This document shows, piece after piece, positions 54,281 to 64,000 of a DNA stretch of 64,000 nt (positions within the stretch are counted from its first letter, which is position 1; the number at the start of each line of letters is the position of its first letter). Source of the stretch: Minutocellus sp. GHC0000111 (Eukaryota); NCBI GenBank assembly GCA_977018835.1, contig OZ361259.1, forward strand, positions 3,596,001 through 3,660,000, read 5' to 3'. The notes under the pieces were generated by a model. The model was not told the DNA's origin and did no database searches. It saw nothing but the letters and a program-made list of their open reading frames with translations. Both the position numbers and the translations under genes were made by a program.

Positions 54281-57200
54281 ATGTCCAACAACACCAAAGG
54301 CAAAATCAAGGTATTGTTGCTGGGTTCCGTCAACGGCCGGTTCGCCGCCCTGCAGTCCAAGCTCACCACGCTCCAAAATGGCAAGGCCGGTCCGTTCGAC
54401 GTGGCCTTTTGCGCCGGTCCGTTCTTTGCTTCCGGTGGCAGCGGTGGCGGTGGTGATAATAGTAATGCCGCGACGCTGAAGAGGGAGGCCTCGGCCCTGC
54501 TCCGCCTTCCCTCTCCATCGGCAGCCGGGGCAATCGAGGCAATCGACGAAGCGATCGACCTGCCCCTCCCGGTGATCTTCGTCGACGTCGGCCGGCTGCC
54601 CGACGGGATGAGCCTCCCCCCTTTGCCTCCGCTGGATGATTGGAATGCTGGTGGCAATAACAGCAACAGTAGCGACAATCAGAAGAAGAAGAAGAAGAAG
54701 GACGAGGCCGAGATTGACATTGAGGATGATGACGACGACGACGGCGGCGACAACGATGGTGGTGCTACTAATGCAAGTGCTGCTGCTGCTGCCGCGAATG
54801 CTCCGCCGGGGATGCAGTGTCTGGCCCCGAATCTGTACCGGCTCATCGGAACTCCTGCTGTGACTGCAGGCGCAGCCGCCGGCGAGCAGAGGGAGGCCGT
54901 GGCCGACATCGTGCAGGTGCCCGTACCGCCGTCGTCGTATTCGTATGTGCCGCCGCTTGCAAAGAAAGATGAGAAGAAGGGTGAGAGCGATGACGGTGAT
55001 AATGCAGGAGATAATGCAGAAGATGATGACACGAACAACAACAGCAGCAGCAACAACATCGACCTGCACAAGTCCCTCACCGTGGCCTTTCTCCCGCCCA
55101 ACGTCAGATTGCCAATGGCGGCAAATGCAGCAATTCCAGCTGCACCAACGAATGATGCAGTGATGACGGCATCCCTCACGGCCAAGACGTCCCATCCGTC
55201 GTATCTCGGATGCGACTTGCTGCTGAGCAGCGACTGGGGGCAGGGCATCTGCGGTGCCGGCAATGCCGGTGGTGCGGGTGGCAATGGTGCTGCAGGCGGT
55301 GCGGGTGGAGGAGCCCTCGGCCCATCCGACATCAACAAGATATCCGCCACCCTCGCCGAGGTGCTTGTGAGCAACGCCAACAATGCCAACGCCAACGCTG
55401 CCATCACCACCACCGCAACTCTATCCGACGTCGGTTCGTACGACGTGGCCGAACTTGCCACCTCCTGCCGACCCCGCTATCACGTCGCACCGACCCTCCA
55501 CGCCCTCGGTCTGCACCATGCCGTCACCTCTCTCCCCTACGCCAACTTGCCCACAATGTCCAGTTCCAAGATGGAGCGCAAGTTCCATCCGTCGAGATTC
55601 ATTGCCCTGGGCCAAGTGGTCGATAAGGCCGCCATAAAGCAAATGGGCAAGGCCGAGGCCAAGGCACGGAAGTTCGTCCATGCCCTGGGGTTGCAACCGT
55701 TGTTGGTGTGCGATCAGAGCGAACTGATGGAAGACGGTGCTGGTGGTGGGAGTGGTGGGGCAGTGCCCTGTCCGTATACCGATGCCAGCTACGGGATGGA
55801 TAATAATGCTGGTGGTGGTGGTATTGGTGGTGCCGTTGGTGCCGGAACCAACAACATTGGGCTGTCCCAGGCCCAAACGCGTCGGATCATTTCGGAACAA
55901 AAGCCGGGATATGGAGGACGCGGTGGTGGTTCCGGACCCGGCGTGAGTGCGGGTGCCGACGGGGGTGCCACGGCCTTTCGATGGGCGGGCCGAGGACTTG
56001 GCCCAGGAGGAGGAGGACCAAACAGCGGAGGGGGAGGACTGCATCAGCAACAGCGTCAGGATCCACGGACCGACCCGGCCCAGATGGCGGCCGCCTCCGA
56101 CCCGACCAACGTCAGCCTGTTCCTCCACGGTCTGCACCGCGATACCACCGGCGGTCGGATGGTCAATGCCAACACCATTATGGAATCGTTGGCGTCATTC
56201 GGTTGCATCAATGTGCGGTATCCCAAGGTGAAGCGGCCCGGCATGGACCGGTTCAAAAACTTTTGCTTTGCCGAATTTGCCACCCACGACGATGCGGCGC
56301 GATGTCTGGACGTGCTGGGGTGGCAGGTCAGAGTCCGTGGCATCCAGCTCGATGCCAAGTGGAGCAGCGGCGGTGCTGGTGCCGGCGTTGGTGGAGGTGC
56401 TGGTGGTGCTGCCGGCGTTGGCGGTGCTGGTCCGGTGATGAAGTTTGGCATGCCCGGCGTACCTCCGCCACCCTCTGGTCCGCCGCCTCCACTTCCGCCA
56501 ACTTCACAAAATCAGCGCAAGAGGCAGAGATTGACCAAGGAGGAAGCATCGGATTCGTCCACTCTGTTTGTCAAGCTACCTCCGACGGTACCACCGCCAT
56601 CGAATGCCGACGCATTGGACGCCATTGCCAAGTGGATACAGACCGTGCCGGAGGATCAGCTGAATGGGGACGGTACCGGCGGAGATCGAATCACAGCCGA
56701 GACCGAACCAGCGTTAAAGGTGACCTGCCGCCACGTCCGTCCGCAGCGCAACACCAGTGGCGGTGATAATGGCGGTGTTGTAGGCGGCGTCGGCGGTGGC
56801 CAAGACAATGCAACCGGTGCCGTTGCTTCCTTTGGATTCCTCGAGTTTGCCTCTCACGCCGCCGCGGCCATGGGCCTTGCCGCCGTCACGGGGTCCGAGG
56901 ACGGCGGGGTAGTACTCGATGATGAACTTTCCAAGGCCGGTGATAGTATTAAATCGGCTTCGTTGGATCTCCGAGGGACATCCATCTATTGGGGAACCCC
57001 GAGCAAGGCACCAAAGGATGGCGGCGGCGACGGAGACAATGGCCGGCCAACAAAGCGCCATCGGTTCGAGATTGATCCGAGAAAGGACTGTTGGTTCTGT
57101 CTCTCCAGTCCTAGCTGCGAGAATCATCTCATCGTCGACATTGGATCCAGTGTGTATCTGTGCATGCCGAAGGGCGCCTGCAACCCTCACCATGCCCTCA

Positions 57201-57918
57201 TCGTGCCAATATCGCACGATGCGAATCAGGATAGCAGCAAGAACATTGGCATCTATGCCGATGCCGGTCTTACGGCCGAGGCCGAACAGCTCAAGACACT
57301 GCTGAAGAAATTTGCCAAGGACGTGCTACAGAAAGATTTGCTAATTTACGAGCGGGCAATTCCAACCAAGGGAGGATATCAGTGAGTATCGATACAGTCG
57401 AACCAGCATGGACTTTATCTTTATTTGTTTTGACTGTCTACGACGTGTTTTGCATTGAGTCGGTTTCTCATTCGCATCTTGAGACATCATTTCTCACGTC
57501 TTGATATTTTTTTCTATTTCATTCAAACGCTTGCTTTTACATGCAGCCCCCACATTAACGCAATTCCGATTGATCCGAATATGTCCTCCAAGGTCCATGC
57601 CAGGATGATGACATGGCGACATTTGATTTGAGAGAAGTACAGAATCCGGACATTTCGATTCGTGCCGTACTGGGTGATGAAGAAGAGTGGGACGGCGGAT
57701 ACTTCTACGCGGAGGTGGGTGGCAAACGTCTGCTCTACAAGATTCGACAGGGCGATAGCAGTTGTCCAAAGGTCCCGATGCAATTCGGAAGAGAAGTTCT
57801 CGCATCGGTGGTTGGCAACAATGATCTAGCGCATTGGAAGGCTTGTGAGGTTAGCAAGGAAGAGGAAGAAAAGCTTGCAACGAAATTTCGAGAGGATTTG
57901 GATTCTTATCGAAAGTGA
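54281..57918 (+). CDS. CWF19L1: CWF19-like protein 1 (Drn1); intron 57382-57546; 1-nt frameshift ~57610
   Basis: N-terminal KAGPFDVAFCAGPFF, CDLLLSSDW, CRPRYH and RFIALG pseudo-metallophosphoesterase motifs; C-terminal CwfJ DCWFCLSSP..HLIV..PKG..HALIVPISH..QFGREVLA..WK. Confidence 0.88.
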
Positions 57919-59556
57919 TAATTGAAGTCAAGTCCCTCATTACTCCTGTAGAAATACAAACTTTCATATACTCAATATAGATATCAGTTGTTTTTAATGA
58001 TTTTTTGTCCACTTTGGTCGCAATCAGTGAGCACAGATGCATCTGGGATAACCGCCAACTGGCGGTCACCCAATTTTTTACCACAATGGCAACAAATCGT
58101 CGATGCACCAGAACCACCGCCTCAAGCTACTCAACCAAGACAGCAAAGGCTTGCATTGATCTATACGATCGCATTCGTCTTGGTCGTAGCTCCGTTGGTA
58201 CCCCTGACGTCGAGCATCACGGCGCTTGCCAACTCGCAAATGAATCATCGTCACGTCGTCGGTGGACCCCGCAACGCATCGGCAGTAGCCGGTGTCACCG
58301 TTCTGTCGCTCCCACCATCAATCCGCACCTCGGCATACCTCGCACATAGAAACCTCCAGCAGGCGCAGCCGAGAAGGGACGGGCCGGACATGTCCTGGGT
58401 GGCATCGGCGACGCATGATTCACCGCCCAAAAAATTGGAGTCGTTCGCATGGTCGATCATCACCGGAAAAGCTGGTCCGCCAAACTGAACAGGACGGGCA
58501 ACTCTGACAACCACCACCGTCGAAGCACTTGCTATGGATCCACGACGCGTAGCAGATCAAGGCTAAATGGTCCGGGCCGTCCATCACCAGCACCGCGCCG
58601 CAGAGAAGGCTACACGTCGAGTGTCGGCGGTGCCGACAGAGGGCTCGCCGCGGTACCTTCAGTGACTTTTCGAGCGCTCCATGACATCGCCGTTGCCTCC
58701 ACCCTCGCGTCGTACATCCCGGAAACTTAGGAAAGACTTGCCCAGGTCCGTCATCCCAAAGGGTGGCGCTTCGTCCACGTAGACCGACGAAGACACATGT
58801 CGGGCCAAAGGGTCGTACGGATCGGCCGGCAACGCCACCAAGGTTGCCCAGGGCGCTGCACAACGACGACGCGCCCTGGAGGACGTTCCAAGCAATGCAA
58901 TCACTCCCTGACATCCATAGCCATTGGCCGGGACCTGGAGAAGGCTTCTTCAGTACCGCAGGGGGGCGAAAAGGAATCGCTATTGACGGATGCGGCGGTT
59001 CGTCGGCGCGCCGACATCGACCTCCTGGCGATGCCAGGAAGGTCTCCGGCGTCATCTGTCACGCTGGCCGTCGATGCAAACGTAGGCATACCTCGCCAAT
59101 GGCAATGCCATTGAAACGGAAGCGCCTTGGGGACGACTGGGCAGACGATACTCCCCTGGATCTCCCTGACACCAACCCCGGGGGAAAAAATTCAGTCGTC
59201 CTCGCCACGACCCTCCCGACCGGATTGGCCACCCTGCACCGACCAAGAAAAGCCACAAAGACTTGAATAATCACCAATGAGGTTCGACGACGAATTGGCC
59301 GAAGCTTCCGTGGGAGCAGCAAGTCGGACCAGGCCGACAGCGCCCACAACGATGCCGCCAGTAAACTAGCTAAGGGTGCCGACACAGCGCCAGAGCGAGG
59401 GTAGCGCGGGACCACTGGCCCTGCTGAAAGACATATTCCCTCTGATCTTTCATCCGTACTGCACAACGATCTCGTCAGAATCAGTGCAGAGGCCTATAGA
59501 GCACTTGCAAGTGCATCAGCACTGCCAAGACGTGTCAGTGCCCCCAAAACCATCCA

Positions 59557-60903
59557 GCCAGCTGGCGGTCACCCAAAATTTACACACAAATTTTTACCGT
59601 TTTCGACCCAGATCTTGTCGATTCCCAGGATCGATCCTCCTCCCGAGCGCATATATCGTCTCTCCAATTCCTAAGGCAACTGCTCTATGCTTGGGGGCGA
59701 GCCGCCGTATCAGTATATCAAAAGGTGGTAGCCAGAAGGACCAAAACTGAGTTCACCGCCAGCTGGCGGTCAACCAAATTTTCACCGTTTTCGACCCGGA
59801 TCTTGTCGATTGACAAGCTCGATCCTCCTCCAAAGCCCATATATCATCTCTCCAATGCCCAAGGCGACGGCTCTAAGCTTGGGGGCGAGCCACCGTATCA
59901 GCATGTCAAAAGGCGGTCGCAAGAAGGACCAAAACTGAGTTCACCGCCAGCTGGCGGTCAACCAATTTTTCACTGTTTTCGACCCAGATCTTGTCGATTG
60001 ACAAGCTCGATCCTCCTCCAAAGCGCATATATCATCTCTCCAATGTCCAAGGCGACGGCTCTAAGCTTGGGGGCGAGCCACCGTATCTGTATATCAAAAG
60101 GTGGTAGCCAGAAGGACCAAAACTGAGTTCACAGTCAGCTGGCGGTCAACCAAATTTTCACCGCTTTCGACCCAGATCTTGTCGATCGACAAGCTCGATC
60201 CTCCTCCAAAGCCCATATATCATCTCTCCAATGCCCAAGGCGACGGCTCTAAGCTTGGGGGCGAGCCGCCGTATCTGTATATCAAAAGGTGGTAGCCAGA
60301 AGGACCAAAACTGAGTTCACCGCCAGCTGGCGGTCAACCAAATTTTCACCGTTTTCGACCCAGATCTTGTCGATTGACAAGCTCGATCCTCCTCCAAAGC
60401 CCATATATCATCTCTCCAATGTCCAAGGCGACGGCTCTAAGCTTGGGGGCGAGCCGCCGTATCAGTATATCAAAAGGCGGTCGCCAGAAGGACCAAAACT
60501 GAGTTCACCGCCAGCTGGCGGTCAACCAAATTTTCACCGAATGGCCTCAGATCTTGTCGATTGACAAGCTCGATCCTCCTCCAAAGCGCATATATCATCT
60601 CTCCAATGCCCAAGGCGACGGCTCTAAGCTTGGGGGCGAGCCACCGTATCAACATATCAAAAGGCGGTCGCCAGAAGGACCAAAACTGAGTTCACCGCCA
60701 GCTGGCGGTCAACCAATTTTTCACCGTTTTCGACCCAGATCTTGTCGATTGACAAGCTCGATCCTCCTCCAAAGCCCATATATCATCTCTCCAATGCCCA
60801 AGGCGACGGCTCTAAGCTTGGGGGCGAGCCACCGTATCAGTATATCATTCGGCGAGTTTCGACCCAGATCTTGTCGATTGACCAGCTCGATCCTCCTCCA
60901 AAA
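59557..60903. repeat. 188-bp satellite, about 7 copies
   Basis: GAAGGACCAAAACTGAG at 59735, 59923, 60111, 60299, 60487 and 60674; most units contain the palindrome ACCGCCAGCTGGCGGT. Confidence 0.95.
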
Positions 60904-61269
60904 AGGTTTGGAGTTTCTTCTAACAAAGGTTGTCACGTTTTTGGAGTGGATCGATATCTGCAATGTTTGTGATCAGTTTTGCAATGAATTGAATGATTTG
61001 GTATTTTTTTTTGTATTTTGACAGGTGCACAATGGAGCTTGTTAGTTGGATTACAATAGAGAAAGAAAAGGGATTCAAATAATTTGAGTTGAGCTTTTAC
61101 CTTGTTGTACTTGAATTTTTTTCTTCTGTCGCGTATTGCAATTTCTTTTCTGTATCTCATTGCTTTCACAATGCTAGAATTTTCATGCCATTGGAGATGA
61201 TTGGCCGGAGTTATTCCTCTTTTATGAATCATTCAAATTCACATCTTTTCCCCCTTTCCGACTAATGTC

Positions 61270-61653
61270 TCATGAACTTGTCTGGACTTTAACTTTCAGG
61301 ACCAAGTTATCATCACCGGGCTTGATACCAAACAATGGAATACTGTCGTATGTAACTGTGCTTTTTGAGATATCGAGTGCCAAGTGCAATTCCGGCCCAA
61401 GCATTTCGTCCCACCTCTTTCCCGCGTGCGTCACGCTCATGTCGGGCGAAAAGGTAATGGTCGCGCATGAATCGCCCGTGGCAATTGTGCAAGTCCCCTC
61501 GGCACAAAGTGCGGCCGGCGGACCGCAGCCCAAACGTTGGTCATGAAGATACAGCCGGCAAGCGGCGGTCTGATCAGATGCAGCAGTAGCGCCATCGGCC
61601 AGCTCGATCCGTACAGTGACGTCCGTCGTCAGCTCATTGTTATTGTCAGCCAT
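61270..61653 (-). CDS. Small hypothetical protein (start uncertain)
   Basis: MADNNNELTTDVTVRIELADG.. within an open 215-codon frame; no recognised motif. Confidence 0.45.
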   Translation of the reverse strand: MADNNNELTTDVTVRIELADGATAASDQTAACRLYLHDQRLGCGPPAALCAEGTCTIATGDSCATITFSPDMSVTHAGKRWDEMLGPELHLALDISKSTVTYDSIPLFGIKPGDDNLVLKVKVQTSS

Positions 61654-61999
61654 GGTGTTGCGCTCGAATTTCGTACTTATGCCTGCAGCGGATGGGAAGC
61701 TTTGACTCGAAAAGTACGCTGCTGCTGATTCACAATAATTGACGAGCGCGATGTATTGCAATAATAACAACAACAAGCAAGTGTGCATCCAGTGATACTT
61801 CGACTTATTTGCTGTTGTACCAGTATGATGGTCTGGTGGCGAATGGCTTCTTGCTGCCGCCGCCGCCGCCGCGCCGCGCTGGAAGTGGCGAAGTTTACGG
61901 AGCCCCAAAGCAAGCACGTCGCCGATCAGCCGGCGAGGAGGCAGGTCGTCAGGGCGATGATTGAATATGCATCGCTCAATAGCTCAATAAACCATTACC

Positions 62000-63080
62000 C
62001 TACTTCTCCTTTTTTATTCTACCTGCCCGCTCTTGATCCCAATCCTTCAGCATATATGCTGGCCAGTATTCACCGTCGCATTCACCACCGTGAATAGAAT
62101 TACCCGTGTCTTCCTCCCAACTCAAATCAAGATCATCCTTCTTCAAGGCCGGGCAAGGTAGTGTATCTTTAGTTGTCCCGAGAGAGGTATATCCCTCGTC
62201 GTACAATTTGCAATACTTAAGATCGAACCTTTGTAAAAAAGCCCATACATGACTGTAATTCCAATCTGGCGTCAGAATGGGATTGACGCGCATGAACGGC
62301 GGCATAAAGGAGGACGACGGGGCGAACGCGCCTTGGTTTCCGGCATTGGGATCGCCCGCCCTCGTACCAAGGACAAATGCAATCGGGAAGGGCCTACGCG
62401 TATCAATACCTGTGCTAACGGCTCCAATGGTCTTGTCCACCCCAACAAAGTTGGTCTCCACTATAGATCGCAGTCCGTCCGGATATTTGATTCCCTCAAT
62501 GCTGAGATCGTATTCCAACACCGTTTCGTGGAGCAAATCCAACACCTCTGGGAATTCATCCTCGTGCTCGAAGTATATGGTCTTGGGCTGACAGGCGCTG
62601 CCCACCAATGTCGGATTGTCTCGGATGTAATTGGCATACGCGGCTCTCATCAGATGCAATATGACGCAGGCATCCTTTCCTCCGTTGTAACTGCCGACGA
62701 CGGACTCAGGACCGTACAACCGGTATGCCTGATGGAGAATGTCCAGGGCCGACAATATCAGTTGCGGGAGGTTTTCATCACTGTCGCCATGAGCGCTGCA
62801 GTAATCAATAAGCCGATCGTAAAGTTCGAGAGCGGATTGGTATGCCTCAGGAGACCAAGTGGATGCTTCGAGCGCTGCTGCGGCATCTTGTGGGTTACCT
62901 CCATCTCTAGTAGCAGCAGTCTGATCAAAAGGCGAGATGATGGCGGCACCGTCGGGACGAGTAGGATTTGTTGTCGTCTCGACAATGGATTTTGTGCATA
63001 TGCGCCAGTTTCGCCGAGGCGGTAATGACGATGTCCCCGATTCATTTACAGAAGTTTGACTAATATCTGACAATCCCAGC

Positions 63081-63112
<32 letters not shown>

Positions 63113-63298
63113 GGATGTTGCCGCAAGTGATGATCGTTTGTTCTTGAGCGGATGGCGGAGATGCCGAATGCGCGTCATGTGATTGTCTGAATCCAACCGC
63201 GAGAAAGCATGCGCCATAGTTAGTTGACCGCCAATGGCGGCAAGCACGCCGATTGTCAGAAGCAGGCGATTGACACTTCTACTTGTCCTGGGTCTCAT
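62000..63298 (-). CDS. FAD1: FAD synthetase (FMN adenylyltransferase, PAPS-reductase fold) with an N-terminal targeting extension
   Basis: SYNGGKDACV, GTRAGDP, FMRVNPIL..W.YSHVWAFL, YCKLYDEGYTSLG, ERAGR. Confidence 0.9.
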
Positions 63299-63452
63299 CG
63301 TGTGAACAGGCGTGGTCAGTACTGGTATTGAGCCATTGTATTGGGATGTCAGTGTATCTGATCGATGGAAAATATACCGACCCGAGGTCATTCTCCTTGG
63401 TCTCCCGCCCATGGTCGATCCGAAATAGCTTCAGCAGCAAATTACTCTGTAG

Positions 63453-64000
63453 TCAGGCGCAGCACGTGACGAAAGGTGTCGGTGAGGAAAAATTTCCAGC
63501 ACGACACGTCGGCTCGTCGTATTTTTGTGCTGCTTGTGGCGCTGGAAAGGAAAGGATACGAAACGATACAACCGGCCAATAGTACAAAATACAAATGACG
63601 TAATTGATTATGCACGCTTGCCGACCACAGCCCTGGTTGGGAAGATACAGCGGACCACCTGGCGTTTGACCACGCACTTGCGTGATTTGAAGGAATCTGT
63701 TTGACTGAACGGGAAGCGAAGGCAGTGATGAGTGCCCGTCATAGTAGCGGCTACCTACATCTGTATGAGTGCCATCGGCACGACTATCCCAAGACGCACT
63801 TTCCCGGTACCGAGGGGGGTGCACCGGTGGCGGTGGCGGCGGCGGCTCCGGCGGCCCCAACAGAAAGCATGGACCTCTTGTCGTTTGATGCGCCTGCCCC
63901 GGCACCAGCGGCGGCATCGGCAGCTGCTGCTCCGACTTGCGATGGAATGATGGATGCGGCGGCGACTGGAGCGCTTGTCCCCACGCAGCAGCCCCAACCA
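63453..64000 (-). CDS. Possible 3' part of a Pro-rich gene running off the window
   Basis: GC-rich open frame with poly-Pro; no motif recognised. Confidence 0.25.
   Translation of the reverse strand, partial: VGAAAWGQALQSPPHPSFHRKSEQQLPMPPLVPGQAHQTTRGPCFLLGPPEPPPPPPPVHPPRYRESASWDSRADGTHTDVGSRYYDGHSSLPSLPVQSNRFLQITQVRGQTPGGPLYLPNQGCGRQACIINYVICILYYWPVVSFRILSFPAPQAAQKYDEPTCRAGNFSSPTPFVTCCA

Noticed and set aside
57590..57625. Programmed frameshifting in CWF19L1 (also ~13228, ~29420, ~30922, ~40685)
   Set aside because: All are 1-nt indels, mostly in short homopolymers and in unrelated genes; assembly error or decay is more parsimonious. Needs read-level checking.
58080..59550. Retrotransposon RT or recombinase remnant
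   Set aside because: No recognisable catalytic motif in the frames I examined.
59557..60903. CRISPR array or coding repeat
   Set aside because: Whole units are near-identical with no unique spacers; 188 is not a multiple of 3; the context is eukaryotic and no cas genes are seen. The 88- and 142-bp arrays fail for the same reasons.
1..64000. tRNA, rRNA or snRNA genes
   Set aside because: None recognised by eye; tRNAscan-SE and Infernal were not run, so absence is not established.

Overview
Eukaryotic nuclear DNA, almost certainly from a diatom: GT-AG introns, two fucoxanthin-chlorophyll (FCP/Lhc) genes, bipartite 'ASAFAP'-type plastid presequences and a CoDi-like Copia gag. Housekeeping genes (cysteine synthase, 2OG-Fe(II) oxygenase, FCPs, proteasome alpha-1, CWF19L1, FAD synthetase, a thioredoxin-domain protein) alternate with a rearranged accessory zone at about 8-44 kb. 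That zone and its flanks contain a TTAA-flanked Kolobok-like element inside an intron, a Chapaev-like element (CAC..GTG ends, GGCC TSD), a long-TIR MITE, a Copia gag remnant, a truncated USP-type deubiquitinase gene, several F-box-like genes, a head-to-head telomere-repeat junction, and tandem arrays with 14, 88, 142 and 188 bp units. The most striking structure is a 6.2-kb multi-gene cassette (17729-23935) inserted exactly at the His codon of the iron-binding motif (ENVVDGAH|VPSSHH) of an otherwise intact Rieske/PAO-like oxygenase gene. It is flanked only by a 3-bp direct repeat, has no TIRs, and I recognise no transposase in it. It carries a predicted membrane-anchored protein with two virus/phage-type HNH-like modules, an F-box gene and a further degenerate HNH-like gene. 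All family assignments are motif recognition by eye, not database results. Several 1-nt frameshifts in conserved genes suggest assembly indel errors.
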